A stretch of DNA of 64,000 nucleotides, from the NCBI GenBank assembly GCA_964658305.1, contig OZ210884.1, forward strand, positions 2,542,001-2,606,000, in the 5' to 3' direction. Below are positions 30,151-45,100 of this stretch, piece by piece (the first letter of the stretch is position 1; each line of letters starts with the position of its first letter). Position numbers and translations under genes: made by a program. Under the pieces are notes generated by a model, which saw nothing but the letters and a program-made list of their open reading frames with translations, searched no databases and was not told the origin of the DNA. Source of the stretch: Leptogorgia sarmentosa. Its lineage: Eukaryota.

Positions 30151-33100
30151 TCATGCCCTTGCTCGTATTTTTATCACAGGTTTACGAAATTTTCGCTGCA
30201 CATTGCTCTTGGCATGGTGAATACGCATGGTAAATTTGGTGGCGACACCATTCAAAATGGAAGCCAAAGAAGCAATCAAGTCCCTTCACCTGGTATGGTA
30301 TATTTGCTATTGCTATTGCTCCTGTTGAGATTCCTCTGAAACAACGGGCTACCCATTATCATGCCCTTGCTCGTATTTTTATCACAGGTTTTCGAAATTT
30401 TCACTGCACATTGCTCTTGGCATGGTGAATACGCATGGTAAATTTGGTGGCGACACCATTCAAAATGGAAGCCACAGAATCAATCAAGTCCCTTCAGCTG
30501 GTATGGTATATTTGCTATTGCTATTGCTCCTGTTGAGATTCCTTTGAAACAACGGGCTACCCATCATCATGCCCTTGCTCGTATTTTTATCACAGGTTTA
30601 CGAAATTTTCGCTGCACATTGCTCTTGGCATGGTGAATACGCATGGTAAATTTGGTGGCGACACCATTCAAAATGGAAGCCACAGAAGCAATCAAGTCCC
30701 TTCACCTGGTATGGTATATTTGCTATTGCTATTGCTCCTGTTGAGATTCCTCTGAAACAACGGGCTACCCATCATCATGCCCTTGCTCGTATTTTTATCA
30801 CAGGTTTTCGAAATTTTCACTGCACATTGCTCTTGGCATGGTGAATACGCATGGTAAATTTGGTGGCGACACCATTCAAAATGGAAGCCACAGAAGCAAT
30901 CAAGTCCCTTCACCTGGTATGGTATATTTGCTATTGCTATTGCTCCTGTTGAGATTCCTTTGAAACAACGGGCTACCCATCATCATGCCCTTGCTCGTAT
31001 TTTTATCACAGGTTTACGAAATTTTCGCTGCACATTGCTCTTAGCATGGTGAATACGCATGGTAAATTTGGTAGCGACACCATTCAAAATGGAAGCCACA
31101 GAAGCAATCAAGTCCCTTCAGCTGGTATGGTATATTTGCTATTGCTATTGCTCCTGTTGAGATTCCTTTGAAACAACGGGCTACCCATCATCATGCCCTT
31201 GCTCGTATTTTTATCACAGGTTTACGAAATTTTCGCTGCACATTGCTCTTGGCATGGTGAATACGCATGGTAAATTTGGTAGCGACACCATTCAAAATGG
31301 AAGCCACAGAAGCAATCAAGTCCCTTCACCTGTTATGGTATATTTACTATTGCTATTGCTCCTGTTGAGATTCCTTTGAAACAACGGGCTACCCATCATC
31401 ATGCCCTTGCTCGTATTTTTATGACAGGTTTACGAAATTTTCGCTGCACATTGCTCTCTCTCTGCATGGTGAATACGCATGGTAAATTTGGTGGCGACAC
31501 CATTCAAAATGGAAGCCACAGAAGCAATCAAGTCCCTTCACCTGTTATGGTATATTTACTATTGCTATTGCTCCTGTTGAGATTCCTTTGAAACAACGGG
31601 CTACCCATCATCATGCCCTTGCTCGTATTTTTATCACAGGTTTACGAAATTTTCGCTGCACATTGCTCTTGGAATGGTGAATACGCATGGTAAATTTGGT
31701 GGCGACACCATTTAAAATAGAAGCCACAGAAGCAATCAAGTCCCTTCAGCTGGTATGGTATATTTGCTATTGCTATTGCTCCTGTTGAGATTCCTTTGAA
31801 ACAACGGGCTACCCATCATCATGCCCTTGCTCGTATTTTTATGACAGGTTTACGAAATTTTCGCTGCACATTGCTCTTGGCATGGTGAATACGCATGGTA
31901 AATTTGGTGGCGACACCATTCAAAATGGAAGCCACTGAAGCAATCAAGTCCCTTCGCCTGGTATGGTATATTTGCTATTGCTATTGCTCCTGTTGAGATT
32001 CCTTTGAAACAACGGGCTACCCATTATCATGCCCTTGCTCGTATTTTTATCACAGGTTTACGAAATTTTCGCTGCACATTGCTCTTGGCATGGTGAATAC
32101 GCATGGTAAATTTGGTGGTGACAACTTTCAAAATGGAAGCCACAGAAGCAATCAAGTCCCTTCACCTGGTATGGTATATTTGCTATTGCTCCTGTTGAGA
32201 TTCCTTTGAAACAACGGGCTACCCATCATCATGCCCTTGCTCGAATTTTTATCACAGATTTACGAAATTTTCGCTGCACATTGCTCTTGGCATGATGAAT
32301 ACGCATGGTAAATTTGGTGGCGACACCATTCAAAATGGAAGCCACAGAAGCAATCAAGTCTCTTCGCCTGGTATGGTATATTTGCTATTGCTATTGCTCC
32401 TGTTGAGATTCCTTTGAAACAACGGGCTACCCATCATCATGCCCTTGCTCGTATTTTTATCACAGGTTTACGAAATGTTCGCTGCACATTGCTCTTGGCA
32501 TGGTGAATACGCATGGTAAATTTGGTGGCGACACCATTCAAAATGGAAGCCACTGAAGCAATCAAGTCCCTTCGCCTGGTATGGTATATTTGCTATTGCT
32601 ATTGCTCCTGTTGAGATTCCTTTGAAACAACGGGCTACCCATTATCATGCCCTTGCTCGTATTTTTATCACAGGTTTACGAAATTTTCCCTGCACATTGC
32701 ACTTGGCATGGTGAATACGCATGGTAAATTTGGTGGCGACACCATTCAAAATGGAAGCCACTGAAGCAATCAAGTCCCTTCACCTGGTATGGTATATTTG
32801 CTATTGCTATTGCTCCTGTTGAGATTCCTTTGAAACAACGGGCTACCCATTATCATGCCCTTGCTCGTATTTTTATCACAGGTTTACGAAATTTTCGCTG
32901 CACATTGCTCTTGGCATGGTGAATACGCATGGTCAATTTGGTGGCGACACCATTCAAAATGGAAGCCACAGAAGCAATCAAGTCCCTTCACCTGGTATGG
33001 TATATTTGCTATTGCTCCTGTTGAGATTCCTTTGAAACAACGGGCTACCCATCATCATGCCCTTGCTCGTATTTTTATCACAGGTTTACGAAATTTTCGC

Positions 33101-36100
33101 TGCACATTGCTCTCTGCATGGTGAATACGCATGGTAAATTTGTTGCCGACACCATTCAAAATGGAAGCCACTGAAGCAATCAAGTCCCTTCGCCTGGTAT
33201 GGTATATTTGCTATTGCTATTGCTCCTGTTGAGATTCCTTTGAAACAACGGGCTACCCATTATCATGCCCTTGCTCGTATTTTTATCACAGGTTTACGAA
33301 ATTTTCGCTGCACATTGCTCTTGGCATGGTGAATACGCATGGTAAATTTAGTGGCGACACCATTCAAAATGGAAGCCACAGAAGCAATCAAGTCCCTTCA
33401 CCTGGTATGGTATATTTGCTATTGCTATTGCTCCTGTTGAGATTCCTTTGAAACGACGGGCTACCCATCATCATGCCCTTGCTCGTATTTTTATCACAGG
33501 TTTACGAAATTTTCGCTGCACATTGCTCTTGGCATGGTGAATACGCATGGTGAATTTGGTGGCGACACCATTTAAAATAGAAGCCACAGAAGCAATCAAG
33601 TCCCTTCAGCTGGTATGGTATATTTGCTATTGCTATTGCTCCTGTTGAGATTCCTTTGAAACAACGAGCTACCCATCATCATGCCCTTGCTCGTATTTTT
33701 ATCACAGGTTTACGAAATTTTCGCTGCACATTGCTCTTGGCATGGTGAATACGCATGGTAAATTTGGTGGCGACACCATTTAAAATAGAAGCCACAGAAG
33801 CAATCAAGTCCCTTCACCTGGTATGGTATATTTGCTATTGCTATTGCTCCTGTTGAGATTCCTTTGAAACAACGGGCTACCCATCATCATGCCCTTGCTC
33901 GTATTTTTATCGCAGGTTTACGACATTTTCGCTGCGCATTGCTCGTGGCATGGTGAATACGCATGGTAAATTTGGTGGCGACACCATTCAAAATGGAAGC
34001 CACAGAAGCAATCAAGTCCCTTCAGCTGGTATGGTATATTTGCTATTGCTATTGCTCCTGTTGAGATTCCTTTGAAACAACGGGCTACCCATCATCATGC
34101 CCTTGCTCGTATTTTTATCACAGGTTTACGAAATTTTCGCTGCACATTGCTCTTGGCATGGTGAATACGCATGGTAAATTTGGTAGCGACACCATTCAAA
34201 ATGGAAGCCACAGAAGCAATCAAGTCCCTTTACCTGGTATGGTATATTTGCTATCGCTATTGCTCCTGTTGAGATTCCTTTGAAACAACAGGCTACCCAT
34301 CATCATGCCCTTGCTCGTATTTTTATCACAGGTTTACGAAAGTTTCGCTGCACATTCCTCTTGGCATGGTGAATATGCATGGTAAATTTGGTGGCGACAC
34401 CATTCAAAATGGAAGCCACAGAAGCAATCAAGTCCCTTCACCTGTTATGGTATATTTACTATTGCTATTGCTCCTGTTGAGATTCCTTTGAAACAACGGG
34501 CTACCCATCATCATGCCCTTGCTCGTATTTTTATCACAGGTTTACGAAATTTTCGCTGCACATTGCTCTTGGCATGGTGAATACGCATGGTAAATTTGGT
34601 GGCGACACCATTCAAAATGGAAGCCACAGAAGCAATCAAGTCCCTTCACCTGGTATGGTATATTTGCTATTGCTATTGCTCCTGTTGAGATTCCTTTGAA
34701 ACAACGGGCTACCCATTATCATGCCCTTGCTCGTATTTTTATCACAGGTTTACGAAATTTTCGCTGCACATTCCTCTTGGCATGGTGAATACGCATGGTA
34801 AATTTGGTGGCGACACCATTCAAAATGGAAGCCACAGAAGCAATCAAGTCCCTTCACCTGTTATGGTATATTTACTATTGCTATTGCTCCTGTTGAGATT
34901 CCTTTGAAACAACGGGCTACCCATCATCATGCCCTTGCTCGTATTTTTATCACAGGTTTACGAAATTTTCGCTGCACATTGCTCTTGGCATGGTAAATTT
35001 GGTGGCGACACCATTTAAAATAGAAGCCACAGAAGCAATCAAGTCCCTTCACCTGGTATGGTATATTTGCTATTGCTATTGCTCCTGTTGAGATTCCTTT
35101 GAAACAACGGGCTACCCATCATCATGCCATTGCTCGTATTTTTATCGCAGGTTTACGACATTTTCGCTGCGCATTGCTCGTGGCATGGTGAATACGCATG
35201 GTAAATTTGGTGGCGACACCATTCAAAATGGAAGCCACAGAAGCAATCAAGTCCCTTCACCTGGAATGGTATATTTGCTATTGCTATTGCTCCTGTTGAG
35301 ATTCCTTTGAAACAACGGGCCACCCATCATCATGCCCTTGCTCGTATTTTTATCACAGGTTTACGAAATTTCCGCTGCACATTCCTCTTGGCATGGTGAA
35401 TATGCATGGTAAATTTGGTGGCGACACTATTCAAAATGGAAGCCACAGAAGCAATCAAGTCCCTTCACCTGTTATGGTATATTTACTATTGCTATTGCTC
35501 CTGTTGAGATTCCTTTGAAACAACGGGCTACCCATCATCATGCCCTTGCTCGTATTTTTATCACAGGTTTACGAAATTTTCGCTGCACATTCGTCTTGGC
35601 ATGGTGAATACGCATGGTAAATTTGGTGGCGACACCATTCAAAATGGAAGCCACATAAGCAATCAAGTCCCTTCACCTGGTATGGTATATTTGCTATTGC
35701 TATTGCTCCTGTTGAGATTCCTTTGAAACAACGGTCTACCCATCATCATGCCCTTGCTCGTATTTTTATGACAGGTTTACGAAATTTTCGCTACACATTG
35801 CTCTCTGCATGGTGAATACGCATGGTAAATTTGGTGGCGACACCATTCAAAATGGAAGCCACTGAAGCAATCAAGTCCCTTCGCCTGGTATGGTATATTT
35901 GCTATTGCTATTGCTCCTGTTGAGATTCCTTTGAAACAACGGGCTACCCATTATCATGCCCTGGCTCGTATTTTTATCACAGGTTTACGAAATTTTCGCT
36001 GGACATTGCTCTTGGCATGGCGAATACGCATGGTAAATTTGGTGGCGACACCATTCAAAATGGAAGCCACAGAAGCAATCAAGTCCCTTCACCTGGTATG

Positions 36101-39100
36101 GTATATTTGCTATTGCTCCTGTTGAGATTCCTTTGAAACAACGGGCTACCCATCATCATGCCCTTGCTCGTATTTTTATCACAGGTTTAGGAAATTTTCG
36201 CTGCACATTGCTCTCTGCATGGTGAATACGCATGGTAAATTTGGTGGCGACACCATTCAAAATGGAAGCCACTGAAGCAATCAAGTCCCTTCGCCTGGTA
36301 TGGTATATTTGCTATTGCTATTGCTCCTGTTGAGATTCCTTTGAAACAACGGGCTACCCATTATCATGCCCTGGCTCGTATTTTTATCACAGGTTTACGA
36401 AATTTTCGCTGGACATTGCTCTTGGCATGGCGAATACGCATGGTAAATTTGGTGGCGACACCATTCAAAATGGAAGCCACAGAAGCAATCAAGTCCCTTC
36501 ACCTGGTATGGTGTATTTGCTATTGCTCCTGTTGAGATTCCTTTGAAACAACGGGCTACCCATCATCATGCCCTTGCTCGTATTTTTATCACAGGTTTAG
36601 GAAATTTTCGCTGCATATTGCTCTTGGCATGGTGAATACGCATGGTAAATTTGGTGGTGACACCATTCAAAATGGAAGCCACAGAAGCAATCAAGTCCCT
36701 TCACCTGGTATGGTATATTTGCTATTGCTATTGCTCCTGTTGAGATTCCTTTGAAACAACGGGCTACCCTTCATCATGCCCTTGCTCGTATTTTTATCAC
36801 AGGTTTACGAAATTTTCGCTGCACATTGCTCTTGGCATGGTGAATACGCATGGTAAATTTGGTGGCGACACCATTCAAAATGGAAGCCACAGAAGCAATC
36901 AAGTCACTTCGCCTGGTATGGTATATTTGCTATTGCTATTGCTCCTGTTGAGATTCCTTTGAAACAACGGGCTACCCATCATCATGCCCTTGCTCGTATT
37001 TTTATCACAGGTTTACGAAATTTTCGCTGCACATTGCTCTTGGCATGGTGAATACGCATGGTAAATTTGGTGGCGACACCTTTCAAAATGGAAGCCACAG
37101 ATGCAATCAAGTCCCTTCACCTGGTATGGTATATTTGCTATTGCTCCTGTTGAGATTCCTTTGAAACAACGGGCTACCCATCATCATGCCCTTGCTCGTA
37201 TTTTTATCACAGGTTTACGAAATTTTCGCTGCACATTGCTCTTGGCATGGTGAATACGCATGGTAAATTTGGTGGCGACACCATTCAAAATGGAAGCCAC
37301 AGAAGCAATCAAGTCCCGTCACCTGGTATGGTATATTTGCTATTGGTCCTGTTGAGATTCCTTTGAAACAACGGGCTACCCATCATCATGCCCTTGCTCG
37401 TATTTTTATCACAGGTTTACGAAATTTTCGCTGCACATTGCTCTTGGCATGATGAATACGCATGGTAAATTTGGTGGCGACACCATTCAAAATGGAAGCC
37501 ACAGAAGCAATCAAGTCCCTTCACCTGGTATGGTATATTTGCTATTGCTCCTGTTGAGATTCCTTTGAAACAACGGGCTACCCATCATCATGCCCTTGCT
37601 CGTATTTTTATCACAGGTTTACAAAAGTTTCGCTGCACATTGCTCTTGGCATGATGAATACGCATGGTAAATTTGGTGGCGACACCATTCAAAATGGAAG
37701 CCACAGAAGCAATCAAGTCCCTTCACCTGGTATGGTATATTTGCTATTGCTACTGTTGAGATTCCTTTGAAACAACGGGCTACCCATCGTCATGCCCTTG
37801 CTCGTATTTTTATCACCCGTTTACGAAAGTTTCGCTGCACATTGCTCTCGGCATGGTGAATACGCATGGTAAATTTGGTGCCGACACCATTCAAAATGGA
37901 AGCCACAGAAGCAATCAAGTCTTTTCAACTGGTATGCTATATTTGCTATTGCTATTGCTCCTGTTGAAATTCCTTTGAAACAACGGGCTACCCATTATCA
38001 TGCCCTTGCTCGTATTTTTATCACAGGTTTACGAAATTTTCGCTGCACATTGCACTTGGCATGGTGAATACGCATGGTAAATTTGGTGGCGACACCATTC
38101 AAAATGGAAGCCACATAAGCAATCAAGTCCCTTCACCTGGTATGGTATATTTGCTATTGCTATTGCTCCTGTTGAGATTCCTTTGAAACAACGGGCTACC
38201 CATCATCATGCCCTTGCTCGTATTTTTATGACAGGTTTACGAAATTTTCGCTGCACATTGCTCTCTGCATGGTGAATACGCATGGTAAATTTGGTGGCGA
38301 CACCATTCAAAATGGAAGCCACTGAAGCAATCAAGTCCCTTCGCCTGGTATGGTATATTTGCTATTGCTATTGCTCCTGTTGAGATTCCTTTGAAACAAC
38401 GGGCTACCCATTATCATGCCCTGGCTCGTATTTTTATCACAGGTTTACGAAATTTTCGCTGGACATTGCTCTTGGCATGGCGAATACGCATGGTAAATTT
38501 GGTGGCGACACCATTCAAAATGGAAGCCACAGAAGCAATCAAGTCCCTTCACCTGGTATGGTATATTTGGTATTGCTATTGCTCCTGTTGAGATTCCTTT
38601 GAAACAACGGGCTACACATCATCATGCCCTTGCTCGTATTTTTATCACAGGTTTACGAAATTTTCGCTGCACATTGCTCTTGGCATGGTGAATACGCATG
38701 GTAAATTTGGTGGCGACACCATTCAAAATGGAAGCCACAGAAGCAATCAAGTCCCTTCAGCTGGTATGGTATATTTGCTATTGCTATTGCTCCTATTGAG
38801 ATTCCTTTGAAACAACGGGCTACCCATCATCATGCCCTTGCTCGTATTTTTATCACAGGTTTACGAAATTTTCGCTGCACATTGCTCTTGGCATGGTAAA
38901 TACGCATGGTAAATTTGGTAGCGACACCATTCAAAATGGAAGCCACAGAAGCAATCAAGTTCCTTCAGCTGGTATGGTATATTTGCTATTGCTATTGCTC
39001 CTGTTGAGATTCCTTTGAAACAACGGGCTACCCATCATCATGCCCTTGCTCGTATTTTCATCACAGGTTTACGAAATTTTCGCTGCACATTGCTCTTGGC

Positions 39101-42100
39101 ATGGTGAATACGCATGGTAAATTTGGTAGCGACACCATTCAAAATGGAAGCCACAGAAGCAATCAAGTTCCTTTACCTGGTATGGTATATTTGCTATCGC
39201 TATTGCTCCTGTTGAGATTCCTTTGAAACAACGGGCTACCCATCATCATGCCCTTGCTCGTATTTTTATCACAGGTTTACGACATTTTCGCTGCACATTG
39301 CACTTGGCATGGTGAATACGCATGGTAAATTTGGTAGCGACACCATTCAAAATGGAAGCCACAGAAGCAATCAAGTCCCTTTACCTGGTATGGTATATTT
39401 GCTATCGCTATTGCTCCTGTTGAGATTCCTTTGAAACAACGGGCTACCCATCATCATGCCCTTGCTCGTATTTTTATCACAGGTTTACGACATTTTCGCT
39501 GCACATTCCTCTTGGCATGGTGAATAGGCATGGTAAATTTGGTGGCGACACCATTCAAAATGGAAGCCACAGAAGCAATCAAGTCCCTTCACCTGTTATG
39601 GTATATTTACTATTGCTATTGCTCCTGTTGAGATTCCTTTGAAACAACGGGCTACCCATCATCATGCCCTTGCTCGTATTTTTATGACAGGTTTACGAAA
39701 TTTTCGCTGCACATTGCTCTTGGCATGGTGAATACGCATGGTAAATTTGGTAGCGACACCATTCAAAATGGAAGCCACAGAAGCAATCAAGTCCCTTTAC
39801 CTGGTATGGTATATTTGCTATCGCTATTGCTCCTGTTGAGATTCCTTTGAAACAACGGGCTACCCATCATCATGCCCTTGCTCGTATTTTTATCACAGGT
39901 TTACGACATTTTCGCTGCACATTGCTCTTGGCATGGTGAATACGCATGGTAAATTTGGTGGTGACAACATTCAAAATGGAAGCCACAGAAGCAATCAAGT
40001 CCCTTCACCTGGTATGGTATATTTGCTATTGCTCCTGTTGAGATTCCTTTGAAACAACGGGCTACCCATCATCATGCCCTTGCTCGTATTTTTATCACAG
40101 GTTTACGAAATTTTCGCTGCACATTGCTCTTGGCATGATGAATACGCATGGTAAATTTGTTGGCGACACCATTCAAAATGGAAGCCACAGAAGCAATCAA
40201 GTCCCTTCGCCTGGTATGGTATATTTGCTATTGCTATTGCTCCTGTTGAGATTCCTTTGAAACAACGGGCTACCCATCATCATGCCCTTGCTCGTATTTT
40301 TATCACAGGTTTACGAAATGTTCGCTGCACATTGCTCTTGGCATGGTGAATACGCATGGTAAATTTGGTGGCGACACCATTCAAAATGGAAGCCACAGAA
40401 GCAATCAAGTCCCTTCACCTGGTATGGTATATTTGCTATTGCTCCTGTTGAGATTCCTTTGAAACAACGGGCTACCCATCATCATGCCCTTGCTCGTATT
40501 TTTATCACAGGTTTACAAAAGTTTTGCTGCACATTGCTCTTGGCATGATGAATACGCATGGTAAATTTGGTGGCGACACCATTCAAAATGGAAGCCACAG
40601 AAGCAATCAAGTCTTTTCAACTGGTATGGTATATTTGCTATTGCTATTGCTCCTATTGAGATTCCTTTGAAACAACGGGCTACCCATCACCATGCCCTTG
40701 CTCGTATTTTTATCACAGGTTTACGAAATTTTCGCTGCACATTGCTCTTGGCATGGTGAATACGCATGGTAAATTTGGTGGCGACACCATTCAAAATGGA
40801 AGCCACAGAAGCAATCAAGTCCCTTCACCTGGTATGGTATATTTGCTATTGCTATTGCTCCTGTTGAGATTCCTTTGAAACAACGGGCTACCCATCATCA
40901 TGCCCTTGCTCGTATTTTTATCACAGGTTTACGAAATTTTCGCTGCACATTGCTCTTAGCATGGTGAATACGCATGGTAAATTTGGTAGCGACACCATTC
41001 AAAATGGAAGCCACAGAAGCAATCAAGTCCCTTCAGCTGGTATGGTATATTTGCTATTGCTATTGCTCCTGTTGAGATTCCTTTGAAACAACGGGCTACC
41101 CATCATCATGCCCTTGCTCGTATTTTTATGACAGGTTTACGAAATTTTCGCTGCACATTGCTCTCTCTCTGCATGGTGAATACGCATGGTAAATTTGGTG
41201 GCGACACCATTCAAAATGGAAGCCACAGAAGCAATCAAGTCCCTTCACCTGTTATGGTATATTTACTATTGCTATTGCTCCTGTTGAGATTCCTTTGAAA
41301 CAACGGGCTACCCATCATCATGCCCTTGCTCGTATTTTTATCACAGGTTTACGAAATTTTCGCTGCACATTGCTCTTGGCATGGTGAATACGCATGGTAA
41401 ATTTGGTGGCGACACCATTTAAAATAGAAGCCGCAGAAGCAATCAAGTCCCTTCAGCTGGTATGGTATATTTGCTATTGCTATTGCTCCTGTTGAGATTC
41501 CTTTGAAACAACGGGCTACCCATCATCATGCCCTTGCTCGTATTTTTATGACAGGTTTACGAAATTTTCCCTGCACATTGCTCTTGGCATGGTGAATACG
41601 CATGGTAAATTTGGTGGCGACACCATTCAAAATGGAAGCCACTGAAGCAATCAAGTCCCTTCGCCTGGTATGGTATATTTGCTATTGCTATTGCTCCTGT
41701 TGAGATTCCTTTGAAACAACGGGCTACCCATTATCATGCCCTTGCTCGTATTTTTATCACAGGTTTACGAAATTTTCGCTGCACATTGCTCTTGGCATGG
41801 TGAATACGCATGGTAAATTTGGTGGTGACAACTTTCAAAATGGAAGCCACAGAAGCAATCAAGTCCCTTCACCTGGTATGGTATATTTGCTATTGCTCCT
41901 GTTGAGATTCCTTTGAAACAACGGGCTACCCATCATCATGCCCTTGCTCGTATTTTTATCACAGATTTACGAAATTTTCGCTGCACATTGCTCTTGGCAT
42001 GATGAATACGCATGGTAAATTTGGTGGCGACACCATTCAAAATGGAAGCCACAGAAGCAATCAAGTCCCTTCGCCTGGTATGGTATATTTGCTATTGCTA

Positions 42101-45100
42101 TTGCTCCTGTTGAGATTCCTTTGAAACAACGGGCTACCCATCATCATGCCCTTGCTCGTATTTTTATCACAGGTTTACGAAATGTTCGCTGCACATTGCT
42201 CTTGGCATGGTGAATACGCATGGTAAATTTGGTGGCGACACCATTCAAAATGGAAGCCACTGAAGCAATCAAGTCCCTTCGCCTGGTATGGTATATTTGC
42301 TATTGCTATTGCTCCTGTTGAGATTCCTTTGAAACAACGGGCTACCCATTATCATGCCCTTGCTCGTATTTTTATCACAGGTTTACGAAATTTTCCCTGC
42401 ACATTGCACTTGGCATGGTGAATACGCATGGTAAATTTGGTGGCGACACCATTCAAAATGGAAGCCACTGAAGCAATCAAGTCCCTTCACCTGGTATGGT
42501 ATATTTGCTATTGCTATTGCTCCTGTTGAGATTCCTTTGAAACAACGGGCTACCCATTATCATGCCCTTGCTCGTATTTTTATCACAGGTTTACGAAATT
42601 TTCGCTGCACATTGCTCTTGGCATGGTGAATACGCATGGTCAATTTGGTGGCGACACCATTCAAAATGGAAGCCACAGAAGCAATCAAGTCCCTTCACCT
42701 GGTATGGTATATTTGCTATTGCTCCTGTTGAGATTCCTTTGAAACAACGGGCTACCCATCATCATGCCCTTGCTCGTATTTTTATCACAGGTTTACGAAA
42801 TTTTCGCTGCACATTGCTCTCTGCATGGTGAATACGCATGGTAAATTTGGTGCCGACACCATTCAAAATGGAAGCCACTGAAGCAATCAAGTCCCTTCGC
42901 CTGGTATGGTATATTTGCTATTGCTATTGCTCCTGTTGAGATTCCTTTGAAACAACGGGCTACCCATTATCATGCCCTTGCTCGTATTTTTATCACAGGT
43001 TTACGAAATTTTCGCTGCACATTGCTCTTGGCATGGTGAATACGCATGGTAAATTTGGTGGCGACACCATTCAAAATGGAAGCCACAGAAGCAATCAAGT
43101 CCCTTCACCTGGTATGGTATATTTGCTATTGCTATTGCTCCTGTTGAGATTCCTTTGAAACAACGGGCTACCCATCATCATGCCCTTGCTCGTATTTTTA
43201 TCACAGGTTTACGAAATTTTCGCTGCACATTGCTCTTGGCATGGTGAATACGCATGGTAAATTTGGTGGCGACACCATTTAAAATAGAAGCCACAGAAGC
43301 AATCAAGTCCCTTCAGCTGGTATGGTATATTTGCTATTGCTATTGCTCCTGTTGAGATTCCTTTGAAACAACGGGCTACCCACCATCATGCCCTTGCTCG
43401 TATTTTTATCACAGGTTTACGAAATTTTCGCTGCACATTGCTCTTGGCATGGTGAATACGCATGGTAAATTTGGTGGCGACACCATTTAAAATAGAAGCC
43501 ACAGAAGCAATCAAGTCCCTTCACCTGGTATGGTATATTTGCTATTGCTATTGCTCCTGTTGAGATTCCTTTGAAACAACGGGCTACCCATGATCATGCC
43601 CTTGCTCGTATTTTTATCGCAGGTTTACGACATTTTCGCTGCGCATTGCTCGTGGCATGGTGAATACGCATGGTAAATTTGGTGGTGACACCATTCAAAA
43701 TGGAAGCCACAGAAGCAATCAAGTCCCTTCACCTGGAATGGTATATTTGCTATTGCTATTGCTCCTGTTGAGATTCCTTTGAAACAACGGGCTACCCATC
43801 ATCCTGCCCTTGCTCGTATTTTTATCACAGGTTTACGAAATTTTCGCTGCACATTGCTCTTGGAATGGTGAATACGCATGGTAAATTTGGTGGCGACACC
43901 ATTCAAAATGGAAGCCACAGAAGCAATCAAGTCCCTTCACCTGGTATGGTATATTTGCTATTGCTATTGCTCCTGTTGAGATTCCTTTGAAACAACGGGC
44001 TACCCATCATCATGCCCTTGCTCGTATTTTTATCACAGGTATACGAAATTTTCGCTGCACATTGCTCTTGGCATGGTGAATACGCATGGTAAATTTGGTA
44101 GCGACACCATTCAAAATGGAAGCCACAGAAGCAATCAAGTCCCTTTACCTGGTATGGTATATTTGCTATCACTATTGCTCCTGTTGAGATTCCTTTGAAA
44201 CAACGGGCTACCCATCATCATGCCCTTGCTCGTATTTTTATCACAGGTTTACGAAATTTTCTCTGCACATTGCTCTTGGCATGGTGAATACGCATGGTAA
44301 ATTTGGTAGCGACACCATTCAAAATGGAAGCCACAGAAGCAATCAAGTCCCTTTACCTGGTATGGTATATTTGCTATCGCTATTGCTCCTGTTGAGATTC
44401 CTTTGAAACAACGGGCTACCCATCATCATGCCCTTGCTCGTATTTTTATCACACGTTTACGAAATTTTCGCTGCACATTGCTCTTGGCATGGTGAATACG
44501 CATGGTAAATTTGGTGGCGACACCATTTAAAATAGAAGCCACAGAAGCAATCAAGTCCCTTCACCTGGTATGGTATATTTGCTATTGCTATTGCTCCTGT
44601 TGAGATTCCTTTGAAACAACGGGCTACCCATCATCATGCCCTTGCTCGTATTTTTATCGCAGGTTTACGACATTTTCGCTGCGCATTGCTCGTGGCATGG
44701 TGAATACGCATGGTAAATTTGGTGGCGACACCATTCAAAATGGAAGCCACAGAAGCAATCAAGTCCCTTCACCTGGAATGGTATATTTGCTATTGCTATT
44801 GCTCCTGTTGAGATTCCTTTGAAACAACGGGCTACCCATCATCATGCCCTTGCTCGTATTTTTATCACAGGTTTACGAAATTTTCGCTGCACATTGCTCT
44901 TGGCATGGTGAATACGCATGGTAAATTTGGTAGCGACACCATTCAAAATGGAAGCCACAGAAGCAATCAAGTCCCTTTAACTGGTATGGTATATTTGCTA
45001 TCGCTATTGCTCCTGTTGAGATTCCTTTGAAACAACGGGCTACCCATCATCATGCCCTTGCTCGTATTTTTATCACAGGTTTACGAAATTTTCGCTGCAC

